A stretch of 64,000 nucleotides of DNA from an uncultured virus (IMG/VR IMGVR_UViG_3300034062_000507) (lineage: Duplodnaviria > Heunggongvirae > Uroviricota > Caudoviricetes): IMG/VR virus record IMGVR_UViG_3300034062_000507; one strand, given 5' to 3'. The translations under genes and the position numbers were made by a program. The notes beneath the pieces are model-generated. The model had not been told where the DNA came from. It searched no databases and saw nothing but the letters and a program-made list of their open reading frames with translations. Shown here piece after piece: positions 42,121-52,156 of this stretch (position 1 is the stretch's first letter; the number at the start of each line of letters is the position of its first letter).

Positions 42121-45063
42121 TTATTTTCCTGAATATTCATTCGCCGCGCCGGGCCCAAATTTTTTATCAAACGCTTCTCGCTGCGAGGGATTAGCCTTCA
42201 ACGCGGCGATATGCGCTGCTGTAGGAGCGGGGAAATCCCCTGTCTCTAAACCACCAGCCGGAGCCGGAGTCGGTGACCCAGCCGCCGCAGGGGCAGCTTC
42301 TGGCTTGATACGGACTCGACTATATGCCAACTCAGTATCTCTCGCGGCAGCCTCTTTTTGCTTGTTCCAGACGGCTTCTTGATCAGCAATTTTCTTTTTA
42401 GCCGCTTCATAGCCGGGGACAAGCCTTGGGTCCATCGCGCCATCTTTAGCGGCAGCTTGCGTTTCAGCTGTTTTGATTGTTTCGTAATCTTTCTCAAGCA
42501 GCTTCGCCTGATCGATAATCTTAGCAATCACGCGCTGTTCTTGGTTTACCGCAGTCTGGTACTGCCCAAAAGCTTTGTTGTCGTCCGCAGTTGCACGGGA
42601 GGCCAACCGATCAAGGCGCGAAGTGTTAGCCCGCAGCTGCTCACTACGGAACTGCGTGTCAGCAACATACCTAGATGTCCCAGCCTGTGTATCAACGCTG
42701 TATTTAGATGTCTTGGCTTGCGCTTCATCCCGCGCGCGTTGTGATTGATATTCAATGAACTTCTCGTTCAGCTTCTTCATGTCTTCAGCGGCCTTCAGTT
42801 TGAGCTGCATAGCCGCATCGACTTCGCCGCGCTTCTCAAGGCGTGTAGCGTTATCCAAATCAGCGATGGATTTGTTAATCTCGCGTTGCGCCTTCTTCTG
42901 TTCTTTCTCGTCAGAAATAATGTTGGGTACGGTCTTTTGCAAGGCGTTCAAACCGGCGACAAGTGTTGGGCCGGGGGTTGACCCCCAAGCTGCAAAAAAC
43001 TCGGCCAAGCGCATGTATTTCTGGCGGTCTTTCTCCTCCTTCATACCAGCTTTTTCAGCCATCAACTCAGCACGTTGTTTTTGCTGGCCTTCAGCCATAT
43101 CCGCTACGCCAGCCTCTTGCATCGCTGTTCTACGCTCAGCCATAAAATCAGATAGCGGCGCAGCAGCGCGCTTTTCCGCCGCTTCGTAATCAGCTCTCAT
43201 AAACTCGGGAAGAGCAGCGTTCCGCTGCACTGCCTGCCCAGCCGTAGGGGGAGGAGGCGCAGCTGGCGCAACTGGAGCCGCGCCCATGATACCGCCCATA
43301 GTAGGAGGCGTAGCAAGCCGCTCTTCCATGCCGATTCTGGCTTCTTCCTCGCCGCCTTCTTCATTAGCGCCGCCGCCTGTCTTAAAGGCGATGATGCCGC
43401 CAGCACGCATAGCAGGCATCGGAGCTTGATACTGCACGCCCATAGGGCCTGTGCCTTGTGGCTGCTTGCTCATCTGACGCTCACGGAGCAGGCGTTGCGC
43501 CATCTTGCGGATAGACGGGCTAGAAGATTCTTTGGCTTGAGCCGCCAAACCTTTTTCGTCCATGCTTTCAAGCTGTTCCTCAACTTCACCACCCATGTCG
43601 TAAGACATGATGCCGCCGCCCTTCGCGTATTTAAACTCGCTAGGCAAGCCGCCCGCAGCCCCGCCGGGTTTCATGGCGTTGAAGATAGAAGTACCCGCGC
43701 CAATCGTGCCGATAGCCTGTGAAAGCTGGTTAGGCGCAGCCTGATATTGGTTAGTCGTAGCCGCCTGCATTGGCAACCCGCGCAGCATGTTAGACATAGT
43801 GCCCAACTGCATGAGGGGGTACTGCTGCGCGTTGGCGTAGTCCTGCATGGCCTGATTGATTTTCTGCTGTTCCAGACCTTGTTGTTGTGCGCCCACTTGG
43901 TTCTGCAAGCCGTAGATGCCCTGCTGCGCAGTAAGCCCCTGTTGGCCGATGCCCGCAAGTTGGTTGGCCGCAGCAAGCGCTTGAGCGTTTGCGTTCTGTC
44001 CGTATGTAGCGCCGAACTGTTGTTGCTGAGCATTCAGTTGGTTAGCCGCCAAGCCGTATTGCGCGCGTTGTTGCGCAGCGGTCATACCTTGAGCTGCACC
44101 AAACTGACGAGACTGTTCCCCAAGCTGTTGAATGCCGAGCTGCGCGGCAAGATTTTGCTGGCCCACGGTCAAGCCCGCGCCTTGGTTGGCCATCTGCCCC
44201 TGCAAGCCAATACCTTGCTCCGCGTTGAACTGCTGCTGGGCCTGCTGGAACGCTGCCTGTGAGCCAGTTGCCTGAATGTCGCCAAGCTGCGTACCCAGAT
44301 TGCGCTGCCGCTCAGCCTCAATGATGGCTTGGCGAGACCCGCCAAATGCGCCTTGGCCCACCGCCTGTGCTTGGTTCTGGTTACGCTGAATTTCGGATGC
44401 GCGAGTAGCCTCGCGTTGCTGCATGCCTACAACCTTTTGCATGTACGGCGACATGTACGCATCGGCAGTCCCCGCGTCCGTAAATGACTTTGTGTTTACC
44501 CGCTCAGCCGGACCCATCTGGTACTGGTTAAGCTGCGGCGCATTAAACTGCCCCGGCGCTTGAAATTGATTACCCGCGTATTCGCCCCGGTAGCCCATAT
44601 TCTGAGCGTTCTGCGCAGCGGCTTGTGTGATGCCACTAGCTTGCCCAAACTCGCCCGGCATCTGAAGCCCAGCAATACCTTTTTGAGCTGTTTCTTGCAT
44701 GGGCTGGAACCCAGCGATGGCTTTACCAGCGTCATATATAGGTTTACCGTCAGGACCTAATACAGGATTACCTTGAGCGTCGTATTGACCACCATAGGCT
44801 TGATACGGCTTAAACCCGGTAATATTAAAATCGCCGCCCGTGGTCTCGCCTGTGTTCGGGTCCGTAGTAACAGGAGTTCTATTGCCCTGAAACAGCTGTT
44901 CTTGGGTCGCCCCCAGCATGGTCTCAACATACGGCCTTGCGTACTCAGGGATGTTTGTGTTCTGAACAGTCGATGTTGTCTGTCCGCCACCGCCACCGCC
45001 ACCCATGTAAAGACGACGAATACCGTCTCTGGTGTAGCCATCAAATTTGCTTACGATGATCAT
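42121..45063 (-). CDS. Internal virion (DNA ejection) protein
   Basis: 980 aa, poly-Gly near the N-terminus, YMSPY...GAFGGSR motif, Gln-rich coiled coils. Confidence 0.75.
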   Translation of the reverse strand: MIIVSKFDGYTRDGIRRLYMGGGGGGGQTTSTVQNTNIPEYARPYVETMLGATQEQLFQGNRTPVTTDPNTGETTGGDFNITGFKPYQAYGGQYDAQGNPVLGPDGKPIYDAGKAIAGFQPMQETAQKGIAGLQMPGEFGQASGITQAAAQNAQNMGYRGEYAGNQFQAPGQFNAPQLNQYQMGPAERVNTKSFTDAGTADAYMSPYMQKVVGMQQREATRASEIQRNQNQAQAVGQGAFGGSRQAIIEAERQRNLGTQLGDIQATGSQAAFQQAQQQFNAEQGIGLQGQMANQGAGLTVGQQNLAAQLGIQQLGEQSRQFGAAQGMTAAQQRAQYGLAANQLNAQQQQFGATYGQNANAQALAAANQLAGIGQQGLTAQQGIYGLQNQVGAQQQGLEQQKINQAMQDYANAQQYPLMQLGTMSNMLRGLPMQAATTNQYQAAPNQLSQAIGTIGAGTSIFNAMKPGGAAGGLPSEFKYAKGGGIMSYDMGGEVEEQLESMDEKGLAAQAKESSSPSIRKMAQRLLRERQMSKQPQGTGPMGVQYQAPMPAMRAGGIIAFKTGGGANEEGGEEEARIGMEERLATPPTMGGIMGAAPVAPAAPPPPTAGQAVQRNAALPEFMRADYEAAEKRAAAPLSDFMAERRTAMQEAGVADMAEGQQKQRAELMAEKAGMKEEKDRQKYMRLAEFFAAWGSTPGPTLVAGLNALQKTVPNIISDEKEQKKAQREINKSIADLDNATRLEKRGEVDAAMQLKLKAAEDMKKLNEKFIEYQSQRARDEAQAKTSKYSVDTQAGTSRYVADTQFRSEQLRANTSRLDRLASRATADDNKAFGQYQTAVNQEQRVIAKIIDQAKLLEKDYETIKTAETQAAAKDGAMDPRLVPGYEAAKKKIADQEAVWNKQKEAAARDTELAYSRVRIKPEAAPAAAGSPTPAPAGGLETGDFPAPTAAHIAALKANPSQREAFDKKFGPGAANEYSGK

Positions 45064-45467
45064 AATTTAATCCTCATTACTTGATGGGTAACTTCCAGCC
45101 CAAACTTCTCGTACATGTTAACCAAGGAACCTCTAGCCCACACTTGCGCTTTAGTAGCCCCGTGCAGCTTCATCCATTTGTACATCTCTTCAATAACGTG
45201 TGGGCGCATAATTCCTTTGCCGCCCATCAAATTGCCGTGACCAATTCTCTCGCGTGGGTAGTCAATAAAGTCCACCGCCGCTGCGCCTGTTATACCCTCG
45301 CCCGGCTCTTCCCACACCACCAAGTAAGTGCGCCCTGTACGCACTGCGTACTCAACCTGTTCAATAGTTATCTCATTTGGGTCAAGGTCAATTGCTTTTT
45401 GCAAAAGAGGAGCGGCGACGGGCCATACTTCTGGCATCTGATTGGGGCTAATTTGGTAGAAAGGCAT
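45060..45467 (-). CDS. GNAT-fold-like virion assembly protein (positional analogue of T7 gp13 / P22 gp14)
   Basis: 135 aa ending MYEKFGL; directly precedes the ejection protein. Confidence 0.55.
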   Translation of the reverse strand: MPFYQISPNQMPEVWPVAAPLLQKAIDLDPNEITIEQVEYAVRTGRTYLVVWEEPGEGITGAAAVDFIDYPRERIGHGNLMGGKGIMRPHVIEEMYKWMKLHGATKAQVWARGSLVNMYEKFGLEVTHQVMRIKL

Positions 45468-45469
45468 GT

Positions 45470-47383
45470 TTATTTAGGCAGGTATTTTCTGGGGTTGATC
45501 TGCCTGCCTTGCTTTGAGTTACCAGTACGCGCTTTGCGTATCTTGTTCATCATTGCATGAAGTTGTTTAGCGCCAGCTTCCGTGGAGCCGTTACCCAGAT
45601 GTGACACCACATCAGCAGGGATAACAAACTCACCGTCAGCAAGCCGAGCAGGTTGGCGTCCATTAATAGTTGCAGGGATGTTGTCCGACATGCCGTCGCC
45701 GGGGCCTTTCAGCAGTCGTGGGTTTCCGCCAGCAGCGTAACCGCCCAAACTAGAGTGCATGATACCGCCTTGCGCCGCTTCAACGTCATCATCGTTTCGT
45801 TTTCTAGGCTTAACTGAAGCCATTTGCAACTGACCCATAGGCGTTGGGCGTTTAGCTGCGGGAGGGGTGACGTAGGCGCGTTGATTGATCTTGGACTGAC
45901 GAATTTGCGCAGCGGTCAGCGCATCTTGATAACGAGTATCTGGGTCTTCGTCGCGGTAGATGCCCACATCACGAGACACTGCGGGAGCTTTCATAGGATC
46001 GCCCGCCAACATTTTTTGATACTGTTCGATAGAGTCGGTCAGACTACCGCCTTTAGCATAGCTAGCTACTTGCCCGCCTTTGTCAAACCCCAGGCCCCTC
46101 ATGTTCATTATCCCCATCTCCTCCGTAGCCATGTTTGGCCTACTCGGCAAACCCATGCCTTGTAATTGGCCCATTCGAGCATACGGATTTTGCATCTGCT
46201 GCATTTCTTGATGCTGCCGCACCTGTTGCAAATGCTGCAAAAAACCTTGAGGGTTTGCCGCAACAGACTGAGGGTCGTAACCGCCCATGCTGCCAAGACT
46301 GCCGCCCCCGCCTATACCGCCCATGTTGCCGCCGCCAAAGCCACTACCTACGGCCTGATACCCGTTGGCACCTGCCTGACCGAATTGCCCGCCACTACTC
46401 CCTCCGCCATCACCTACGTCGAAAGTGCCTTGCAGATTAATCTGCCCGCCGCTAGCATACATCTGGCCGTTGTTGGGCGTTAAAGCCTGAGCTTCGTTGT
46501 AGCCTACTTGAACGTCGTTGGACTGCTGCGGCATAGCGCCCATGCCCATAACGCCGCCTTCCGCGTAGCGGGGCGTGTATTGAAAATCTGCGGGGTTAGC
46601 ACGGCCCGGCTGAAAATCAGGTGACAACCTATATTTAGATAGTGGGCCGCTGTATTTACTATCGTTGAACGTAGCGGCGGAGGGGTTCAAAAGCCCTAGA
46701 GCGCTAGCGCCCATGTACGCGCCCGACATTGCCATAAGCGGGTTCTTCTCCGCGAACTTCATAGCCTTGTCCATGCCGACTTCAAGTGCGGAAGGGGGCG
46801 GGACATTAGCGGTTAGATTAGCGTTGGCCATTTCATTCGCCATACTGTTTATGCCGCCTGAACCGGGCTCGATAAATTGATTGGCTGGAATTTGACCGTC
46901 TATGCCCATAGGCGATGGAGCGGAGGGTGGCGGCGCAGGAGGCGCAATAGGCGCAAGAGGCGCAGAAGGCGCAGGAGGTGGAGCTAGTGCAGCCGCTTGT
47001 TGTTGCGCTGCAAGGTTAAGAGATTCAGCTGAAGTCCCTTGAAGGCCCTGAATACCCTGAATACCCGCGCTTGGCGCTGCCGAGGTAGCCTGAACCGTAG
47101 GGAAACCAGAATTCATAGCAGCGGCTTGAGTTGCCTCTGCTGTAAGAGGCGCAGCGTTTGCGGTAGCCCCTTCGATTCCCATAATGCCAGCTTGTGTACC
47201 GGCCTGTTGGGCGGCTGCTTGGGCGGCGGTTTGCGCGGCAGCAGTACTAGCGGCTTCGGCGGCGGCGACGGAAGCGGCTTCGGCAGCGGCAATTTCGGCA
47301 GCGGTGACTGCTGCGGCTTCGGCGGCGGCAGCGGCTGCAATTTCAGCGGCGGCGGCTTCAGCAAATATAAGAGCCATTGGCAT
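45470..47383 (-). CDS. Low-complexity internal virion protein
   Basis: 637 aa; Ala-rich N-terminus, repeated YAxGG, C-terminal GPGDGMSDNIPA...LADGEFVIPADVV. Confidence 0.7.
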   Translation of the reverse strand: MPMALIFAEAAAAEIAAAAAAEAAAVTAAEIAAAEAASVAAAEAASTAAAQTAAQAAAQQAGTQAGIMGIEGATANAAPLTAEATQAAAMNSGFPTVQATSAAPSAGIQGIQGLQGTSAESLNLAAQQQAAALAPPPAPSAPLAPIAPPAPPPSAPSPMGIDGQIPANQFIEPGSGGINSMANEMANANLTANVPPPSALEVGMDKAMKFAEKNPLMAMSGAYMGASALGLLNPSAATFNDSKYSGPLSKYRLSPDFQPGRANPADFQYTPRYAEGGVMGMGAMPQQSNDVQVGYNEAQALTPNNGQMYASGGQINLQGTFDVGDGGGSSGGQFGQAGANGYQAVGSGFGGGNMGGIGGGGSLGSMGGYDPQSVAANPQGFLQHLQQVRQHQEMQQMQNPYARMGQLQGMGLPSRPNMATEEMGIMNMRGLGFDKGGQVASYAKGGSLTDSIEQYQKMLAGDPMKAPAVSRDVGIYRDEDPDTRYQDALTAAQIRQSKINQRAYVTPPAAKRPTPMGQLQMASVKPRKRNDDDVEAAQGGIMHSSLGGYAAGGNPRLLKGPGDGMSDNIPATINGRQPARLADGEFVIPADVVSHLGNGSTEAGAKQLHAMMNKIRKARTGNSKQGRQINPRKYLPK

Positions 47384-47384
47384 G

Positions 47385-47735
47385 TCAGAACTCCTTGATT
47401 TCTGGCGACTCTAGTCCCGTGCCGCGAAGATTATGTAAACAGCACAGCACCACATTGTCAGTCAGCGCCATGAATGCGTGCTTCTTGCCCGCAGGAATTG
47501 TAATAACCGCAGGGGCATCAAAGCGCCCCATAGACTCGCCATCTTGCCAAGCTTCTACTGCGCCGTGCGATACCAACGTAATATGTGGGTGGGTATGGAC
47601 ATGTTGAGATAGAACAGACTTAGCTTTTGGAATTGTATAAGAACGAACCCAAATGCCGTCTACTTCGACTAGCTCAACATAGTCAAGATCAATTTTTTTG
47701 TACTTAGGGTCCGCACTAATTTCGTCTATGTTCAT
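47385..47735 (-). CDS. Cupin (RmlC-like) domain protein
   Basis: HVHTHPHITLVSHG...IPAGKKH metal-binding cupin motifs. Confidence 0.75.
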   Translation of the reverse strand: MNIDEISADPKYKKIDLDYVELVEVDGIWVRSYTIPKAKSVLSQHVHTHPHITLVSHGAVEAWQDGESMGRFDAPAVITIPAGKKHAFMALTDNVVLCCLHNLRGTGLESPEIKEF

Positions 47736-48043
47736 ACTTTTACTTTCAGTACGTTGCCAGCGGCGGTATCGTAGTAGACATCGCCCACTCGGAGATTACT
47801 CAAATCAGCCTGCGTTGGCAAGCTAATTGTGAACGTGTTCGGCACTGCGGGGTTTGGTTGGATAAAACTCAGAGCCGCCACAATTTCTCCGTCCACACGC
47901 TGGGTGGAAGCGGCCATTGGCCCCGCGTTGTCCAATTGGTTAAAATACAGTCGCAAAATACCCAGTAGCTGATTTATGAACTGCGCGTCGTATTGTACCG
48001 GGGCAATCGGTAGGAGAGGCGCTCTGACGTTTTTCTGTCCCAT
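47732..48043 (-). CDS. Small tail-associated protein
   Basis: 103 aa directly after the nozzle gene. Confidence 0.55.
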   Translation of the reverse strand: MGQKNVRAPLLPIAPVQYDAQFINQLLGILRLYFNQLDNAGPMAASTQRVDGEIVAALSFIQPNPAVPNTFTISLPTQADLSNLRVGDVYYDTAAGNVLKVKV

Positions 48044-48046
48044 GTG

Positions 48047-49906
48047 TCACCTACGTCCATCAGGACGAACATCTATTCGGGGTGCCCCGAGCTGCCATGT
48101 CGTTCCAAGTTGGTTAGAGTCAATTTTGAAGATCATCTGCCGCCCGCGCACGCGAGTGTAAATCTGGCCAGTAAATTCTTCCGTGACCACGTACGTGCTG
48201 CCCTTAATGACCGCTTGCCCAGCCGATGTCTGCACACCCGAACCCGAGTTTGATAACCCCTGCAACGTCATAGTGACTTGCGGAACAGGGCTTTCTGATG
48301 AACCGTCAAAGGTAATATCCGGCAAAATGCGCCACACAAAACCAAAGTTGTGGCCGTCGCCAATATCAAACTCAGAAGACGAAATGTTAGCTGCAATCGG
48401 AGCAGGTGCTGCCGCAATGTTGTCATCTACTCCATCTTCATGGTTGACCAGATTATTCACATAGGTCGCCGCCAAGGGGAACGACAGCAGCCCTGAGTCC
48501 AGCCAAGCAGTGCGGCTCATATTGCCGTAATACCAAATCTTTTCAAGGTAGTTGTACACAATGTACCGGTCAACTTGCGTTGAGTTTGCGGAGCAGTAAA
48601 ACCACCAGACCTCGTTGAAGCCTTCATTTGTCCCTGCAAAAACCTGCGCAGCTTGATCTTGGTTGAAGTCGTTGAACACGTAACGGCGCAGGTCGCAGTT
48701 GAGCGTCTGAACTCGGCCTTCGTACACGTAGAACTTGTCCACACCCATCCAGTAGACCACGCCTGACGCCAGCGCAACCGCATTTGGCCCAGCAATCGAG
48801 ACGTTATCCCCGAGCAACTGAGAACCCCAGACGTAAGGCGGTCCGAGGTACTGCAAGGAGTACAGCGCCTGATCCGTGAATACCACAATTTCTTGTCGGG
48901 TCTGGATGGCCGTGATAATTTCAGAGCCGTGCGACACTCGCAGGCTACCTGCTTGGTTGGTGATCTGTGGGGTCCACACGTTGAAGTTTTCTTGGTCAGA
49001 CCAGCGAATCAGCATAGGGTCCAGTGTCGCGCTGCCGTAGTCGTTGGTGCCCATGCACAAGGTAAACCGGGAAGCGTCCGACACGATCAAAACGTTTTGA
49101 AAAAGCGGTGTATCGGTGTCACCAGTAACGGTCAGGTTAACGCCTCTTGTACCCACGCCTGTCCCTGCGTCCCAGTAATAAATACCCCCGCCCCGAGGGC
49201 CGTACAGAAGACTTTCTCCGTAGTTGTACTGGTTCCAAAGACGCAGTGGAGACACCGATGGCACACCTGTACCCCACGGGCCAAGCCCCCAACCTCCAGC
49301 GCCCCAGCCAACAAGCGGGCCTTCAAACTCGGGACCAACAGAAACTTGATAATTCGCAACAACTGAAGCGCCGCCGCCCGGCGAACCTGAAACGTCCGCA
49401 GCAATTGCAGAGACTCCGGTGTTCACTGTGTACGTGTTGGCGTCCACCACCGTCATGACGTACTCAGCGTTAAGAACAGCCGCTGTGATGTTTCCGCCAA
49501 GACCTGTGGCCCCGCTGAAAGTCACGTAGTCGCCGGTAATGCCCCCGTGCGCAGTGTCTGTTACGGTGATGACGCTGGAGCCAAGTGTGGCCACAAACGG
49601 GTTGTTGTTGATGGTAGGGCTGCTGCGCAGGGGGGTGACATCGTAATACTGCCCGCCTTGGTTAATGTAGAACTTGATGTTCGTGCCAACGCCTATCAGA
49701 TTATTCCCGCCCAGCGTAACCCAGTTCCACAAGGAGCGGCACACGCCAAGATACGTGTCCGGGCTGAACCGGGTCCAACCGCCGATCTTCTCGGGATTAC
49801 CTTGACGGAAGCGGATTTTGTCGCACTCGTACCAGCCGCCTTCGGTGGTGTAACGGGTGTTTTCCCGGTTGACTCCCGGTTTGAACAGTATCTTGGAAAG
49901 TGGCAT
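48047..49906 (-). CDS. Tail nozzle / stabilisation protein (P22 gp10 or T7 gp12-like)
   Basis: 619 aa, beta-propeller-like, LIRWSDQE and VYWMG..FYVYEG segments; upstream of internal proteins. Confidence 0.7.
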   Translation of the reverse strand: MPLSKILFKPGVNRENTRYTTEGGWYECDKIRFRQGNPEKIGGWTRFSPDTYLGVCRSLWNWVTLGGNNLIGVGTNIKFYINQGGQYYDVTPLRSSPTINNNPFVATLGSSVITVTDTAHGGITGDYVTFSGATGLGGNITAAVLNAEYVMTVVDANTYTVNTGVSAIAADVSGSPGGGASVVANYQVSVGPEFEGPLVGWGAGGWGLGPWGTGVPSVSPLRLWNQYNYGESLLYGPRGGGIYYWDAGTGVGTRGVNLTVTGDTDTPLFQNVLIVSDASRFTLCMGTNDYGSATLDPMLIRWSDQENFNVWTPQITNQAGSLRVSHGSEIITAIQTRQEIVVFTDQALYSLQYLGPPYVWGSQLLGDNVSIAGPNAVALASGVVYWMGVDKFYVYEGRVQTLNCDLRRYVFNDFNQDQAAQVFAGTNEGFNEVWWFYCSANSTQVDRYIVYNYLEKIWYYGNMSRTAWLDSGLLSFPLAATYVNNLVNHEDGVDDNIAAAPAPIAANISSSEFDIGDGHNFGFVWRILPDITFDGSSESPVPQVTMTLQGLSNSGSGVQTSAGQAVIKGSTYVVTEEFTGQIYTRVRGRQMIFKIDSNQLGTTWQLGAPRIDVRPDGRR

Positions 49907-49914
49907 GAATTACC

Positions 49915-50505
49915 TCAAGCTGTTAAGACGTTGAGGGCGCTGTTGATATGCGCAACCCTGTCTGCAAGCCCGATTGTCCCACCGTTGATCTTCTTTGTCA
50001 TCCCTGTGAAGTCCTTGGCATCGGCCTCCTTGTTCAGGCCGCGCTTGTTCCAGTACCAAGCAGCGGTCAGGGCAGCGTATTCCTTGGACAGCACCAGCTC
50101 AGGTTCGGCCACAAAGTCCACCCCCAAGGCGTCAGAGGCAAGGCGGTAGTTGTCCTTGCCGGTCAACTGGATCAGGCCCCGGCCACGGTACTTCCAGCCA
50201 TCGCCCTCGTCGGTGTTGCCCATCCGGCCAGAGTAGACCTTGTTGGCAATCTTCTCGGGGTTGCGATGGAATGGCTGCGCAGCTTCTTCTGATGCAAAGC
50301 GGCTTGGCCAAGTAGCGTGCAGCCCTTTGGCGCTGTAGTTCAAGTTCTCTTGCAAAGTTTTGAAGTTGCCAGACTCGTGGGCGCACTGGCCGATGAACGC
50401 TGCTTGGCGCTCGGGAGTGCTGATGTCGAAACGCTGAAACGCTGCCGTCAATGGCTCCAGCCAAGACGGGTCGATGTGCATCTCTTTGAGTTGGTCTTCG
50501 GTCAT
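49915..50505 (-). CDS. Endolysin, glycoside hydrolase family 19
   Basis: FIGQCAHES, ENLNYS, GDGWKYRGRGLIQLTGKDNY, TKKINGG. Confidence 0.92.
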   Translation of the reverse strand: MTEDQLKEMHIDPSWLEPLTAAFQRFDISTPERQAAFIGQCAHESGNFKTLQENLNYSAKGLHATWPSRFASEEAAQPFHRNPEKIANKVYSGRMGNTDEGDGWKYRGRGLIQLTGKDNYRLASDALGVDFVAEPELVLSKEYAALTAAWYWNKRGLNKEADAKDFTGMTKKINGGTIGLADRVAHINSALNVLTA

Positions 50506-50999
50506 TTAGCGGCTCCAGCTTTTGAAAGAAGGTCGGTCTTGGCCTGCGATCCAGCAGAGGAGCCGAAGTAGTAGGCAATGATGCCCGTCCACGCCGTCCC
50601 CAAGCTGCCCAGCATCATCAAGATTGCGGGGTTACCGCTGTCGATCTGGTTGAAAAACATCATCACCATGATGCCAAAGAACCCAATGGTCACAGCGCCA
50701 GCAAGCAGGGGCGGCATCAGGCTGCGGGTGGTGGCCTGCATCTCCCGTGCTGACTTGCGGTCTTCAACTTCCAGCTTCTCAAAGTTTAAGCCCAACTCTT
50801 GCGCCTGCTTCTGAAGCTCAATCTCGGCAATCTTGACCTGTGCGATCTGCTCGGCAGACAGCTTGTTGTTGCTGATCATGTCTCCCACTTTGTCAGGGTC
50901 AACGCCGATGGCTTTAGAGATGGCCGATACAGCCATACCCGCCAGTGGACCACCCATCGCTGTGGCAATGGTAGGTGCGATTTGTTTGAGCCAATCCAT
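50502..50999 (-). CDS. Putative holin
   Basis: 165 aa, two C-terminal TM helices ending YYFGSS; overlaps the endolysin start. Confidence 0.7.
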   Translation of the reverse strand: MDWLKQIAPTIATAMGGPLAGMAVSAISKAIGVDPDKVGDMISNNKLSAEQIAQVKIAEIELQKQAQELGLNFEKLEVEDRKSAREMQATTRSLMPPLLAGAVTIGFFGIMVMMFFNQIDSGNPAILMMLGSLGTAWTGIIAYYFGSSAGSQAKTDLLSKAGAAK

Positions 51000-51004
51000 A
51001 TCAA

Positions 51005-51460
51005 TTACCCCTTTAAGTCAAAACTCAGGTTGGTGTGGCGGGGATACTGCACAACGCGCTCCCCTTCAGGACACTTGTACTTGATGGTCGCCAGCAGAGT
51101 TGCTTTACCACTGGCAACTTTCTCTTTCCCCACCATTGTGAGTTCGTATGTAAACGTGTCAATTTCAGGCCCCGCCGGACCACTGAACTTGCTTGCGGTG
51201 GTGGTTGCCTCATGCACCATACCTGCTGCATCACGAATGCTTGGCGTAAAACTCTCAACAGAGCAGTCGTCACGTTTTTTAATCCGCGCAACCGTGACGT
51301 TGATGGGCTTGCCAGCCTCGGCCACAATTTTGAAATGCTCAGGAGTCCACTCAATGATGGCCCTGTCAAGCAAACCAAACTTGTCGGCAAGGGTGTAGCT
51401 GCCACCTAACGCAGCAACACTGGCGGCAACAGCTCCAATGGCTTTGGTAAGGTCAACCAT
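51005..51460 (-). CDS. Membrane-anchored protein in the lysis cassette
   Basis: N-terminal hydrophobic helix and a beta-rich domain with two Cys. Confidence 0.55.
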   Translation of the reverse strand: MVDLTKAIGAVAASVAALGGSYTLADKFGLLDRAIIEWTPEHFKIVAEAGKPINVTVARIKKRDDCSVESFTPSIRDAAGMVHEATTTASKFSGPAGPEIDTFTYELTMVGKEKVASGKATLLATIKYKCPEGERVVQYPRHTNLSFDLKG

Positions 51461-51548
51461 ATATCACTCCAATAAAAATACGGGCGCACCAGACGATGAG
51501 CCCAACAAGAAGGACCGCAGCAATAAATGCAACAGCCCAGTCTTTCAT
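51453..51548 (-). CDS. 31-aa membrane microprotein (not in ORF track)
   Basis: MKDWAVAFIAAVLLVGLIVWCARIFIGVIYG; TGATG coupling to the lipoprotein gene. Confidence 0.55.
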   Translation of the reverse strand: MKDWAVAFIAAVLLVGLIVWCARIFIGVIYG

Positions 51549-52135
51549 CAGCAAGGTCCGGTTGTGCAGGTCAGGGTGGTCGTTGGCACAATCACTGGGG
51601 CTGGCTGCGTGATCGTGATCGGAGCAGGCTGAGTCACAACAATTGGCGCAGGCTGAGTAACAACAGTCGGAGCGTGCGTGCTGTCGGTGTTGGTTGTTGT
51701 GGTCGTGGTGTTCGTGGTGGTCACGTTGGCTGCGGGTGCTTGAATCTTGCCAGCTATCCCAACAAAGGCAGCGTTTGTGCTGACACCCAGATCACGGGCG
51801 TTGTTGCTCTGCGCAATGCCGACCTGAGCTTGTTTGCCCACGCTGTAAATCTGCGTTGCGGTTGGCAGCAACACGGCAGTCCACTGAAGCAGGTGGTCAC
51901 CAAAAGACTTGGGCGCTGCAACTTGGGTTTGGCTTTGAACCGCACCCATTTGCAAGGACATGACAGCAGCAACCTTGGCCGCAGTATCGCCTTGCGCCGC
52001 GATGTCAGAGAGCGCTTTGTAACGGGCAACTTGCGCTTGAGATTGCGCTTTGTGAATATCAGCGTAGGCTGCGTATTCGTTGGTTGCGCAGCCCGTCAGG
52101 GACAGCGCGGTGAGAATGAGGGCGATCAGTTTCAT
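51548..52135 (-). CDS. Lipoprotein with Thr/Pro-rich tail
   Basis: Signal peptide with LTG-C lipobox; TQPAP repeated three times. Confidence 0.75.
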   Translation of the reverse strand: MKLIALILTALSLTGCATNEYAAYADIHKAQSQAQVARYKALSDIAAQGDTAAKVAAVMSLQMGAVQSQTQVAAPKSFGDHLLQWTAVLLPTATQIYSVGKQAQVGIAQSNNARDLGVSTNAAFVGIAGKIQAPAANVTTTNTTTTTTNTDSTHAPTVVTQPAPIVVTQPAPITITQPAPVIVPTTTLTCTTGPC

Positions 52136-52156
52136 GGGAGCCTTTCAGTTGTTTGG

